Source of the DNA: Caecitellus pseudoparvulus
Lineage: Eukaryota > Protista > Bigyra: Bicosoecida
Length of the DNA stretch: 64,000 nucleotides
Direction of reading: 5' to 3'
NCBI GenBank assembly: GCA_965644315.1
Contig: CBFFRQ010000067.1
Location: forward strand, 248,001-312,000
Below are positions 47,001 to 57,712 of the stretch, piece by piece. Under the pieces are notes generated by a model, which saw only the letters and a list, made by a program, of their open reading frames with translations, ran no database searches and had not been told where the DNA came from. The position numbers and the translations under genes were made by a program. Every line of letters starts with the position of its first letter. The stretch's first letter is position 1.

Positions 47001-47600
47001 TCCCAGCTCGCAGCAGCTGGAGGGCACGAGCAGGCTCCGTCCCGAGCAAGAACGCGAGCAGTTGGTACTTCTCGTCATGGTCTTCGTCCGATATTAGAGG
47101 TGTTATGTATGCGGACAAAAAGCGCTCCATGACTCTACCCTGCAGCACGATCCTGACAGCTTGGGGATGTGGAGGCTTCTGCGCAAGCGGAGCGCACACG
47201 GATGTCTAGCAGCCCGGTCTAAACAGACCAGCACACACTCTCACGCACTGATAAGCGTGCGAGCGCCTTGACCGCCTCGGCTGCAGGATGGAAGCGCCAA
47301 GCGCCCTGGAGCCCCTGAAGCAGAACCTGGAGCTGCCTCTGCACCAAAGGCGGCACTTCGGCCCACCAATGCACGCTCTGAAGAGATTGTACGACATCTT
47401 CATGTTCAGAGGCTGCCTGCTCTGATGCCTCTGATCTGCAGGCTGGGAGTGAGCTGAGCGCGTGTGCTTGCCCTCCCAGCTGGTCAACATGCCGAGAGCG
47501 CAGTGAAACGCCAAGTTCCGCACGCAGCCACATGCCCGCCCCCACAGCCCTGCGCGCCGCACCCACTGTCCTTATTGGCACAGCCTGACACAGAAGGAGT
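44002..47600 (-). CDS. Crinkler/RHS-type protein: P-loop NTPase + C-terminal PD-(D/E)xK-like nuclease domain (5' exons uncertain)
   Basis: Walker A ALSGPHGIGKS (about 46220-46250), Walker B LVMDEVN (about 45855-45875), nuclease-like PRSFPALDFIIV...VVFVEAS (about 44600-44725). Upstream ORF 46879-47199 is in the same frame, separated by a single TAG. Confidence 0.6.
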
Positions 47601-48498
47601 CTTGGCGAAAGCATTGTGGGTGGGAATATACACAACGGTGCTCGAGAGCGTGTCAGTGGACGCTTCTGACTGTGCGTGTAGAGTCAGCAATCGCCTCAAA
47701 CGGCAGCTTGAGGAACCCGACAGGGAAGTCAACGCTGCACGACTATGGCACTGAAACTGGCGGACATCTCCCACAAGCTGCGACGGTGCCTCCACATACA
47801 TATTGTGGTGCTCAGTTGTAGTTTGGCAGCCAATGGATACTGCGAGTCACAGCGAGACCGTTGAGATTATCCCTGGCCTGAATACAATCTCAGGTTTCAC
47901 CTACCAATTTCTGCACAGCTCTGCACCAAGTCGAGCGGCCTCCCACTTCCAAAGATGCACCAGAAGTGGGCAGCCCAGCACATGACCCTTGCCATCGAAA
48001 CGGCTCTACACTGGCTGTGTTGCCTCGCACACACACTTGTTGGAAAGCTGCACTTGGCACAGCGTCAGTGGCACTAGCATGCCTTTGGCACTCGCACCCT
48101 TGTCTGAAACCATTCTGCGCGCACTGGGCACTTGCATCTCCCCCCCATGCTCCGCTCGGCAACTACGCAGAGCAGGAGTGTACACTTTGACGAGCATGAC
48201 AGGCACAACCAACACAAGCACATGAGTGCGGAGGTCACTTGCATGGCCAAGGAGTGCCGAATCGAGACGAAATAGGTCCAATCACGTCAATATGCCTCTT
48301 CTTGTGCATGTGACCAGTGGACACCGGACCGATTCTGCACCTCTCTTGTGTATTCCCGTGCACACGGTACGGACTTGCAAGTGCTAGGGCTTCCGCCTCA
48401 GCTCAATTTCATCACAGGATCTAACCATCAACGCCACCCCTGCGCGGTGACATCACTCCCTGTCATTGCATTGCAAGCGGCAGCAGGCCGGGCACACA

Positions 48499-49351
48499 TC
48501 ACCCCCGGGCTTCCCACCGGTCATCTGCCGCCACCGCACGGTACTCCCCAGATGCAGACACAGCGTAGTCATACGGTGACTCGCGCACAACAGGTGCGGG
48601 TGCTGGAGCTGGGGCTGGGGCTGGGGCTGGGGCTGGGGCAGAGTGGTGGGGGGGGCTGTCTTGGCGCGCAGGGGGAGGGCTGCGACTGCGACTGTAGCTG
48701 CGGCCGCGACTGCGGCTGCGACTGTAGCTGCGATCCCTGCTGTAGCTCCTGCGATCCCTGCTGTAGCTCCTGCGATCCCTGCTGCGGCTGCGACCTCGGC
48801 GTCGTCGTGGACCCCCCCCTCGACCGGAGTCAGAGGAAGAAGTGGAGGGTGAACGGGCAGCGCGACGAGCGGCCCGACGCACTGCGCGCCGTTCACGACG
48901 CTCTGCTCGGCGGATGCGACGTGCTCGCTTGCGCTCTGCCGCCCGCTGCGCCTCGGCAGCTTCTTCCTGTCGTCGCAGAACTTCTGCGTCGTGCGCTGCC
49001 CAGTTGGGGGTGTACCCCCGAGCTCGTGCTGCCTTGGCAGCCTTGCGCTGTGACAGAGGGTGACAGGGGAGGGGGGTGTCAATGCGTGAGCAAGGGATGG
49101 ACGCAAGCAAAAAAGGCAAGGGGTGCGTGAGTGGGCTGCTGTGGACCGTGCATGACGGCCAGGTGCCGGCGCCCGACAACGCCAGGCGGGCTGAAGGCAC
49201 GCACCCTGGCCAGCACAGCTTCCACATGTGACTGGCGCACGAGATCAGCTTGCGAGGCAGAGGCGGCGAGGATTTCACTCAGTTGCTGCTCGCGCTGCTG
49301 GCGGCGTTCGGCGCCTGTGGGCGGCTCTGCGGCGCCGCCCCGCGCGGCCAT
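48499..49351 (-). CDS. Small Arg/Ser-rich protein (splicing-factor-like composition), two predicted exons
   Basis: MAARGGAAEPP...VLAR followed by a GTGCGT donor; second exon has a charged helix, an RSRSRDRRSYSRDRRSYSRDRSYSRSRS tract and PAPAPA. Confidence 0.55.
48600..48795. repeat. Coding micro/minisatellites: (GGGGCT)n and a 21-bp unit CTGTAGCTCCTGCGATCCCTG
   Basis: Directly visible; they encode the PA and RDRRSYS repeats of the RS-rich protein. Confidence 0.85.
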
Positions 49352-49559
49352 GGTTGTGCGGAAATTGCACCGATGTCCAAACGCCGCACGTTCGCGAAAG
49401 CGGGTCACACAGGCAGAGGCGTTGCGCAGGAAGCTGAGGGGTGGGCACACTTGAAGCAGGTATCCCGGGGCAGCGCTGTATCTGCCAGTGCATTGGGATG
49501 TGATCGGGAGAGCGTCGGTGCGAGTTGCTGGCTAGTGTGCGCTTGCTCCGCCAGAATCA

Positions 49560-52500
49560 CTACGTGCTGGCCTTGTACAGGCCCATGTTGGCCAGGGGCA
49601 GCAGGCCGAGGCCTGCAGTGTCCATACCGTCAGTTGGAAGGCACGCAGCCCACCCGGCGTCACTGTGGCGCCAGACACCAGGCGTGGTGGCGGTGGACAC
49701 AGGGGGGGGCAGGGAGGCGGCGACACCCCCCCCTCCCACCTGCCCCGCAAAGGCCCCCTCCTCCGCCGCCGCGACTGCCGCTGCGACTGCTGCTGCGATG
49801 GGCGCATCCAGCACGACTGGGGTGGTGCGCAGGAGGGTCTCATGGGCACCCCCCCCCCCAGGCCCCGGAACCCCCCTGCGCAACAGCGCTTCATACCCCA
49901 CGGGCCCCAGACCCGGCATTTCAAACGCATGGCAGTCTGCAGTGACTCGGTGACTCGGCGGGTGCACTCGCCCGGGGGGCGGGATGAGGGCCGATGCGTC
50001 ACCCGGCGTGGCTGACGCTGTGGCTGCGGCGTGCCAGGCTGAGGGGGGCTCCACCCCCTCCATCACACCCCCCCATCGACCCAGCCGTGCCGCCCACAGA
50101 GCCAGGTCACTGCCCGATCCCCCCGCCTGCCCTGTGGCCAGGCGGTCCAGCACGGGGCGTGGCACGGGCACGGGGTGTGCGGCATGGTGGGCCCACCCGC
50201 GCATCAGTGCCGCATCAGGGCGGGGCATGGCGGCTGGCATCCCCGCCGTTGCGCCCAGCTCGTCAGCGGGCAGGGGTCCATCGGACCAGCCGCCTGTGGC
50301 TGCGAGTGACTCGCGAGTCAGGTGTTCCGCCCCCGCGTCTGGCACGCTCCAGCTGCCGAGAGGAGTCAGCTCGAACCCCAGCGCTTCCAGGCGCCCACTC
50401 AGCACGGCGGCTGAGGGCCAGCTCTTGCGCAGGTGGTCGAGCAGAGCGGGGCGGGTCGCAGCCGCCGACTCGGGCGTCGCAAGGTCCACACCGGGCACGC
50501 CCCGAACACATGCAGCCACCGCCTCTGTGGCGGCTGCGAGGGGCGGGGGTGTGACTCCCCCCAAAACGCTCCACAGGTCGCGCCATGGGCCAATGTCCCC
50601 GCCTCCAGCACTGGCTGTCACCCAGTCCGCGACCCCCTCCACGGACAGTGCCCCCAGCAGCGTGCCCTGGGGGGGCGACGCGGCGGGGGGGGACGCTGCA
50701 CTGCGCAGTGTTCCGCACCAAGCCAGAGCAGAGTCAGTGGGGCGTTCACCCGTCTGTGGCGGCGGCGGCAACCCCGCCACAGCCACAGCCAGCACCAGCG
50801 CAGCATCGTGCAGGGCTGGCACCCACCAACCAGGCAGGCTTGCGGTGTCGGCGTCGACGGGTCCGCCAGATGAGAGGAGGTGGAGGAGGGGGCAGGGGAC
50901 CCCCCCTGCACCCCCCTCCAGTGTGGCCAGCAGGGGGCGGGCCATGTGGCGGGCGGCGGAACACAGCGCACAGCGCCACAGCAGGCGCCGAGCCGCCTCC
51001 TTCAGACAGGTGAAGGTGGCCAGGGGGGTGGAGGGGCCCAGGGGCATCAGGGGGGGGGTCGCGAACAGCTGGTGCAGACACTCCGCATCCGACAGGGGTG
51101 AGGCAGGGGCAGCCACAGGCGCAGCCGCGACAGCTTCTAGCCACGGCAGCAGCGTGCCTGCCACAGCCGCCTGCAGCGCAGCTGGTGTGAGGCGGGGACT
51201 GCCAGCGTTGGCGCGTTGCAGGGCCCCGCGTAACGCCGCTGAAACGGCAGCCCAAGTCAGCATGCCGTCGCCGTGAGACGGCCCGCCCAGGCCATCTGGC
51301 AGGCCCAGGCGCCACGCGACGCGCGTCAAGATCTCCAGCACGTCGCCGTGCGACGTGGGCGGGTCGGTGGTCGCACGCCCCCCCACAATCCACTTCATGC
51401 TGCCCATTAGCCCCGGCATGGCCCAGCTACGCATACCGCCCGCAGCAGGTGGCAGCCGGGATGTCGACACCCCCACCGCCTGTGTCAGTGCTTGCAGTAG
51501 GCGGTGGTCAGATCGTGCGTTGAGGGTGAGGGCTGTGGACCCGGGTGTGTAGTGCACGGCGCCAGCGGCGTCCACCCAGCACTGAGGCGGGGTGCGGTCC
51601 TCTTGCCGGGCGTACGCAGCTCGCAGTGACTCCAGGCTGGCCTTGCACGTGGCGGGGTCTGCCCAAGGGTTGGCAGGGGGGGGCATGACGTGTGGCAGTG
51701 GGAGGATGGGGACGTACAGGCCGCCCAGGGACGCCAGGTGTCGCACGCGCTGCAGCGGGTCACTGTCGGCCGCAGGCGGAGTCAGACTCGGAGTCACCAG
51801 GGCCTTCACGTACTTCGCGAGCGGAAACGTCCCTGGGAAAAAGTGTGCTCCCCGTAACGCAGCCAGCATGGGCGTGTCCAAACTGGGCAGCTCCACCGGC
51901 GCCAGCAGTTGCTCGTCGCTGAGCGTGGCAATGGGCAGGGGCTGCCCTGTGCCATCCAGCAGCACAAGGGCAGCAGGTGCTCCGTCAGGGGGTGACACAC
52001 TCCCATCTCCTGTGTCCTTGGCACCCCCCTCAGGCGCTGGGCCAGCGCTGGGCCCGGCAGGGGGTGACTTCCCTGGCTCAGCCTGGTCACTTCCTTCTGC
52101 CTGTGCCGCGTCCGCCGCTGTTCCACCTTCGCTTGCCGGCTGTTCGGGGGCAGCAGCGGACTGGTGGGATACAGAAGGCCCACTATCGCCCTCAGCCTCA
52201 GCGGCGCTGGGCGTGTCAGGGTTGGCCTGGGCGGAGCGGTGCAATTTCCGCACCTCGTCCACGCTCACCCCTGCCGCAGCAAGGTTTACAGTGTTGCCAG
52301 CCTGCAGCTGTGCCAGCACCTTGGCACAGCTGGCAGGCTGTGTGTACAGCAGCAGGCGTGGGAGGGGCGGCAGGCGCACCTCACTGCTGGCGGTCTCGTT
52401 GATGCGTTTCAGCAGCATGGCCAGGGCTCCGTGTGGGTCACTGCGCAGGGCATCGGCGCGGCCCCACCCGTGTTCCCACGTGCCCAGCACCACAGCCGCG

Positions 52501-55500
52501 TCCACAGCAGCATCCCACCACGAGGAAGCCTGCTTGAGGCTGTCTGGTGGCGGGGCCAGCGTCATGAAACGCACGAGGGCAGTTGCCGGGACACGCGCCA
52601 CCATGCGTTCGTTGAAGTGCACGTGGGGCGGCAGGTGGGCCGGCTGTGCGGCAAAGTCACGTGACAGCCCCAGCTTCTCCAGTCCACTGCTGATGGGCGG
52701 CACGTACGCGTGGTGCAGGGGCCAGTGGCCCTCCTTAACGGCTGCCAGGATCCAGTCAGCTGCCGACTGCAGCGCCAGCGCCTCATCCACCGCCTCGCCA
52801 CCCGCAATAGCAGCGAGCGGACGGGGCAGGTGCGAGACATCGGTGGCCATGGCCAGGTATGGCAGCTGCACGCCGAGATCTGTGTCGAACCACTCAGGGT
52901 CGACGTACACTGGTGCGGCAGGTGTGGAACCCTGTGGCGCCTGAGCAGCCTCCAGACTCACGTCCCCATCGGCATCCACAGGTGGCGCATCGACCGCGCT
53001 GCCCTCTGAGGCGCTGGGTGCTCCACCTGCACCGCTGTGCGCTGCATCGGCTGATGCAGGGGTTGCCGAGGGGGCCCCTGTGGGGGGTGCAGGGGGGGGT
53101 CCGCTCTCCGGCACACCGGCCACCAGCGAGCCAGTCTTCCCTGCCTCGTACAGCTCATCCAGCAGCCCATGCCCCGTCACGAGCTCCTGCATGGGGAAGC
53201 CTTGCAGAGAGGCGGCGAGGTCGTGCAGGGGGGGGCGGGGTCCGGGGTACGCCAGTGCGGCGAGGGCGGAAGTGTCCCGTTGCCCGTCCTCGCCAGCTGG
53301 CGGCAGCGGGTGTCCAAGAATGCGTTCCGACGCGCCAACGGGGTCCCGCAGACACGCCACGCCGGCAGCCGCGTAATACCGCGCAGCGGCCATGGCCACC
53401 GCATCCCGGATCGCCAACAGCACATCCAGGCGCTCCAGCATCTTCAAGGCGCCCTCCCCGCTCACCTTGGCGGCGAAATCGCCGTCCAACAGCACAGCAG
53501 GCAGGCGGTGGGGCGGCACAGCGGGACACAACGCCGCTGCTTCAGCAAGAACACGCTGTCCTGGCAGTGTTCCATCCGCGTGTTTCACCATGCGTGCCTT
53601 GGCGTGTGCTGACGGGGCGTCCCACGGGAGCCACGACTGCCCGGCGGCCAGCGGCAAACACACGCGCAGGTGGGGCGGAAACGGGTGCCCCCCGCCCCCC
53701 ACACGCTCGGAATGCGCGATGGCGGCGGCGTGTTCTTTGATGTTGCCGCTGGTTCGCCCCTTTGCCGCCTGGCGCTTCAGGCTGCGCGCATACCACAGCG
53801 CCCGCACCGCAATGCCCGCCACCACCTGCAACCACCCCCGTGCGAACACCACCACCTCCAGAACACTGCGGCGGGTCAGACGAGCAGCACTCTTGATGGC
53901 CAGCCACCGGCCCCAGCCGTACCGCTGCAGAGCGGCGTGGAAGCGGTTGCGTTCCTGGGAGCTCCACGGGCGTTCCAGGCGCCCCCACCGCAGACGCAGA
54001 GCCAGGCCAGGCGGTGTGTCAGTTGGGACCGGGTGCCCCTGGCCGCCCGCCCACACGGGCGCGTGCAGGGCAGGGTCCACTCCCGCGAGGCTGGCGTCGT
54101 CCCCCTCCCCCCCCTCCTCCTCCTCCATCACCCCCGCCACGGCGCGTTTCGGCAGGGTGGGCGGCACGTACGCCTCGCCTTCCTCCTCCTCCTCATCGTC
54201 GACGTACCCGTCCTCGGAGTCACTGCCGACGCCACCCTTGACGGCCATGCTGCCGCCTGTGCGTGTTCTGCGTGATGTTCCGCTCTCCAGCACCACGTTG
54301 CCTGCCTCGTCCAACAAGTCCCCCCCCGCATTCATACGCAGCCCGCCCCCCACGTCCAGCAGCGTTTCCTGCTGCGCCTTGGGCTTCAGACCCACGAGTT
54401 TCGTCCAGAACTCAGGGTCGTCAATGTCCACTTCGTTGGCGCCTTCCGTCACAAAGGCTGCCTTGGACAGGGAGTTCAGGGCAGATGCGGCGCCGGCCGC
54501 GGCGGCGGGGCCTTTGGCCTTGTCCCACGAGACACGCTTGGCGCGATTCAAGATCGTGTCAATGTCGTCCGTGATGAAGGCCCGTGTCGCCGCGTCGCCG
54601 TCCTCGTTGAACACGTCGTAGGCGCCGCGCTTGAGCAGCTCCTCCACTTCGCTGGAGCTGGGAGCGGAATCGCCCTTGCTGCGCATGTGCGACATGACCG
54701 CTTGGTCCAGGCCCAGCTTCAGGGACGCCTGGTGGAACATGTGCTGCTCGTAGCTCTTGTGTGTGATGAGGCGGTAGATGTTCACGGCGTTCTTCTGCCC
54801 GATGCGGTGGGCTCGCGCCTGTGCCTGCAAGTCGTTCTGCGGGTTCCAGTCACTGTCGAAGATGATGACGGTGTCAGCTGCAGTCAAGTTGATGCCCAGG
54901 CCCCCCGCCCGTGTGGACAGCAGCATGACGAAGGCGGCGGAGTCAGGGGACGAGAAGCGGTCGATGGCGGCCTGTCGCACGGCGCCGCGAATGCGCCCGT
55001 CGATGCGTTCGTACAGGTACTTGCGCGAGGCGCAGAAACGCCCCAGGATGTCCAGCATGCGCACCATTTGGGAGAAAATCAACACCTTGTGTCCCCCCGC
55101 CCGCAGACGAGGCAGGAGCTTGTCCAGCAGGATCATCTTGCCGCTGGCCGTCACCAGCGGCTCCGAACTCAGTCCGCCCTCCTCTGCTGACGTGGCGTCC
55201 ATTGCAGCGGTGGCGGCCAGGGACGGGTCGGTGGTGATGCGGTGCTCCGCGCCCTGGATGAGGAAGGGGTGGTTGCAGCACTTGCGCAGCTCCATCATGA
55301 TGTTCATCAAGTTGGGCGCGTTGGCGCGGGAGTTGCCCGCCACCAGGAACGCCGTGTTGCGTTCGTAAATGGCCCGGTAAAACTGCTTCTGGCTCACCGT
55401 CAGCTCCACCTCCAGCACCATCTCCTCCTTGGGTGGCAGCTGCGTGTTGATGTCCTCCTTGCGGCGCCGCAGGAGGAAGGGCTTCAGGATCTTGTGCAGC

Positions 55501-57062
55501 TCGGCCACCTGGAACGCATCCTTCAAATCCCCGAAACGCCGCAGCCAGGCAGAGCCCTCCCGTGCCGGGAACGACGCGGGGGAAGCAAAGTGCAACATGG
55601 ACCACAGTTCCTGGATGTTGTTCTGGATAGGTGTTCCGGTCAGCAGCACGCAGTGGTCGCGGGGCACTTGGGACAGCTCCCGGAACAAGCGTGCGTTGGT
55701 GTTGCGCAGGCGGTGCGCTTCGTCCACAATCAGCACCTGCCACCGGATCTGCTCCAGCGTCTCGCGCTCCGCATTCACCATCTCGTACGTCGTCACCAGC
55801 ACGTCGAACTTGTACGGCGGCTGGGGCTCCAGGGCTGCTGCCGACTTGGCGCTCTTACGAGCCTTGGGTTTCAGCAGCGTGCCGTCGGGTGCACGGTGGT
55901 AAAACTCAGTCTCTGCGATGACGTCACGGGCCATGGCGTTGCCATGGTACAGCACGACGTTCATGTTGCCCCACGCCTCCACTTCCCGGGCCCAGTGGGG
56001 GATGGTGGACAGTGGGCCCACGACGAGAAACGGCCCCGTCGCGTTGTGCCGCTGCTTCAAATACCGCAGGAACAGCACGCTCTGCGCCGTCTTGCCCAGC
56101 CCCATCTCATCACCCAGGATGCAGGCACGATTGCTCTGCCAGTTGAACAGCAGCCAGTTCACGCCCTGTAGCTGGTAATCCCGCAACTTGAAGCCCTGCG
56201 GCCCGTACGTGGCTTCTGTTGGGATTTTCTTGAAGCCCTGCTTCAAACTGGGCCGCTCCAGGGGCACGGGCCGCCGCCACTCTGACCGAGGCGGCACCTG
56301 CTCCCGTCTGCGGAAGGCTGCCACCCCCCCCTCATCCTGGAAGTCGTCCCAATCCTCCCACGTGGCGTCCGAGTACGGCAGAGACACCCACTTGATCAGG
56401 TACATGGACCCGGGCTGGCAGTCCTGCTCCGGACCCACACTGGCATCCAACACGCGGTCCACCGTCATCCAGTCATCCGGCATGGGAGGCCCCTCCTCCG
56501 TCACCTCCCAGTCCTCTGCCGGGTTGGCCGCCACCCCATGCACACTGGACAGGCCCAGGGACGCTGCCTCCTCTCGACTCTTGGCCACCCACCGGTCCAG
56601 GCGCCGCTGCATGCGCTTGGTGTTGTGCATGAGGATGTCAGCCTCGGGCTCCCAGCTGGCGTGCAGGTGTGACTTGCCGGCCCACTTGCACATGTACTCC
56701 CACCGTTTGGGGAGGTCCGCGAGGGGGGTGTCGGGGGGGGTCCCGGGGGGCACCTCCCGCCGGCGGCACAGGAACGTCTCGATGCGCAGGCCGTCGTCCG
56801 AGTCGCTGTCTTCGATGACCCCCGGCACGGGGATGATGCGTTCCCACAGCGCACGGTTGGAGCTGCGCCCCCCCTTCCGCCGACGCTTGCCAGCCCCCGT
56901 CTCACTGGCGCTGCCTTCGCCACCAGAGTCTGCCTCCAGCGCACGCGCACTGGCCTTGGGTGCCCGCTGCCCTGCTGCCACCGCCGCCCCCGCAGTCTCC
57001 ACGTCGGGCAGGTCCGCCTCCTCTGCTGTTCGCTTGCGCCCGGCGATGCTGGGCGCTGCCAT
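49560..57062 (-). CDS. CHD-family chromatin remodeller (tandem chromodomains + SNF2 ATPase), closest in motifs to CHD6-9 type
   Basis: Chromodomains (EYMCKWAGKSHLHASWE; YLIKWVSLPYSDATWE); LRDYQLQGVNWL, ILGDEMGLGKT, IVDEAHRL, LLTGTPIQN, LRKCCNHPFL, LSTRAGGLGINL, DSDWNPQNDLQAQARAHRIGQ; SANT/SLIDE-like segments downstream. Confidence 0.95.
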   Translation of the reverse strand: MAAPSIAGRKRTAEEADLPDVETAGAAVAAGQRAPKASARALEADSGGEGSASETGAGKRRRKGGRSSNRALWERIIPVPGVIEDSDSDDGLRIETFLCRRREVPPGTPPDTPLADLPKRWEYMCKWAGKSHLHASWEPEADILMHNTKRMQRRLDRWVAKSREEAASLGLSSVHGVAANPAEDWEVTEEGPPMPDDWMTVDRVLDASVGPEQDCQPGSMYLIKWVSLPYSDATWEDWDDFQDEGGVAAFRRREQVPPRSEWRRPVPLERPSLKQGFKKIPTEATYGPQGFKLRDYQLQGVNWLLFNWQSNRACILGDEMGLGKTAQSVLFLRYLKQRHNATGPFLVVGPLSTIPHWAREVEAWGNMNVVLYHGNAMARDVIAETEFYHRAPDGTLLKPKARKSAKSAAALEPQPPYKFDVLVTTYEMVNAERETLEQIRWQVLIVDEAHRLRNTNARLFRELSQVPRDHCVLLTGTPIQNNIQELWSMLHFASPASFPAREGSAWLRRFGDLKDAFQVAELHKILKPFLLRRRKEDINTQLPPKEEMVLEVELTVSQKQFYRAIYERNTAFLVAGNSRANAPNLMNIMMELRKCCNHPFLIQGAEHRITTDPSLAATAAMDATSAEEGGLSSEPLVTASGKMILLDKLLPRLRAGGHKVLIFSQMVRMLDILGRFCASRKYLYERIDGRIRGAVRQAAIDRFSSPDSAAFVMLLSTRAGGLGINLTAADTVIIFDSDWNPQNDLQAQARAHRIGQKNAVNIYRLITHKSYEQHMFHQASLKLGLDQAVMSHMRSKGDSAPSSSEVEELLKRGAYDVFNEDGDAATRAFITDDIDTILNRAKRVSWDKAKGPAAAAGAASALNSLSKAAFVTEGANEVDIDDPEFWTKLVGLKPKAQQETLLDVGGGLRMNAGGDLLDEAGNVVLESGTSRRTRTGGSMAVKGGVGSDSEDGYVDDEEEEEGEAYVPPTLPKRAVAGVMEEEEGGEGDDASLAGVDPALHAPVWAGGQGHPVPTDTPPGLALRLRWGRLERPWSSQERNRFHAALQRYGWGRWLAIKSAARLTRRSVLEVVVFARGWLQVVAGIAVRALWYARSLKRQAAKGRTSGNIKEHAAAIAHSERVGGGGHPFPPHLRVCLPLAAGQSWLPWDAPSAHAKARMVKHADGTLPGQRVLAEAAALCPAVPPHRLPAVLLDGDFAAKVSGEGALKMLERLDVLLAIRDAVAMAAARYYAAAGVACLRDPVGASERILGHPLPPAGEDGQRDTSALAALAYPGPRPPLHDLAASLQGFPMQELVTGHGLLDELYEAGKTGSLVAGVPESGPPPAPPTGAPSATPASADAAHSGAGGAPSASEGSAVDAPPVDADGDVSLEAAQAPQGSTPAAPVYVDPEWFDTDLGVQLPYLAMATDVSHLPRPLAAIAGGEAVDEALALQSAADWILAAVKEGHWPLHHAYVPPISSGLEKLGLSRDFAAQPAHLPPHVHFNERMVARVPATALVRFMTLAPPPDSLKQASSWWDAAVDAAVVLGTWEHGWGRADALRSDPHGALAMLLKRINETASSEVRLPPLPRLLLYTQPASCAKVLAQLQAGNTVNLAAAGVSVDEVRKLHRSAQANPDTPSAAEAEGDSGPSVSHQSAAAPEQPASEGGTAADAAQAEGSDQAEPGKSPPAGPSAGPAPEGGAKDTGDGSVSPPDGAPAALVLLDGTGQPLPIATLSDEQLLAPVELPSLDTPMLAALRGAHFFPGTFPLAKYVKALVTPSLTPPAADSDPLQRVRHLASLGGLYVPILPLPHVMPPPANPWADPATCKASLESLRAAYARQEDRTPPQCWVDAAGAVHYTPGSTALTLNARSDHRLLQALTQAVGVSTSRLPPAAGGMRSWAMPGLMGSMKWIVGGRATTDPPTSHGDVLEILTRVAWRLGLPDGLGGPSHGDGMLTWAAVSAALRGALQRANAGSPRLTPAALQAAVAGTLLPWLEAVAAAPVAAPASPLSDAECLHQLFATPPLMPLGPSTPLATFTCLKEAARRLLWRCALCSAARHMARPLLATLEGGAGGVPCPLLHLLSSGGPVDADTASLPGWWVPALHDAALVLAVAVAGLPPPPQTGERPTDSALAWCGTLRSAASPPAASPPQGTLLGALSVEGVADWVTASAGGGDIGPWRDLWSVLGGVTPPPLAAATEAVAACVRGVPGVDLATPESAAATRPALLDHLRKSWPSAAVLSGRLEALGFELTPLGSWSVPDAGAEHLTRESLAATGGWSDGPLPADELGATAGMPAAMPRPDAALMRGWAHHAAHPVPVPRPVLDRLATGQAGGSGSDLALWAARLGRWGGVMEGVEPPSAWHAAATASATPGDASALIPPPGRVHPPSHRVTADCHAFEMPGLGPVGYEALLRRGVPGPGGGGAHETLLRTTPVVLDAPIAAAVAAAVAAAEEGAFAGQVGGGGVAASLPPPVSTATTPGVWRHSDAGWAACLPTDGMDTAGLGLLPLANMGLYKAST

Positions 57063-57712
57063 GCTGCTGAGCCTGTGGGGGGCACAGCGGGCGAGAGTTG
57101 CAGGGACGGTGAATGTGGGAAGGAAGACATGTGAAGACGTGTGAGATGAATGCAAGGCACGCGCCGCACGCTGCGCCAAGGCTAGGCCCGCTCAGAATGG
57201 GGCGGCAAATGCGTGGCGGTGGAGCGCGGAATTTGAACGCCCCCAGCCCAACAGCCACGCCAGCCCTGCACGCCCCATGCACTGGGCGACACACTGGGTC
57301 GCCAGGATCCGACACGTACTAGAACCTGACTGCACGAAAGGGTGAGAGAAAGCTGCACTGCTCTTGGCGCAAACCCGGACGGCCGACTGCCCTCGCTCTG
57401 TCGTCTGACTGGCTCACTGGCGCAGCTGGGCTGCTGGGCTAGGGGTACACAGACCCGCCACAGGCGAGATGGACCACGTGTGTGACGCCACTGCACACGA
57501 GAGTACATTGGGCGCTGATGGCAGGTTCACTTTTGGCCCAGGGATTTCCAAGGTGTCCTGCTCCGACCGATCGGGTGTCCGGCATTGGCGGGCATTCAGC
57601 TCCTCCCAGCCGGACACCCGGTGTCCAGGAACTGGCCTGCAGACAGTTCTTGCGCCCCCCCTTGAAGGGCCCCAACACAGGACATTTTCTGGTCCCTCGC
57701 GGCGCTTTGCAG

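Noticed and set aside
48040-48140. Clustered GGCAC(T) words in the spacer upstream of the NTPase-nuclease gene
   Set aside because: No regular period or unit structure.
57225-57240. CGCGG..TTTGAA words near the CHD, RMI1 (about 43585) and claudin-like (about 22700) starts, resembling CDE/CHR elements
   Set aside because: Short, variably spaced motifs; cannot be distinguished from chance without genome-wide enrichment.
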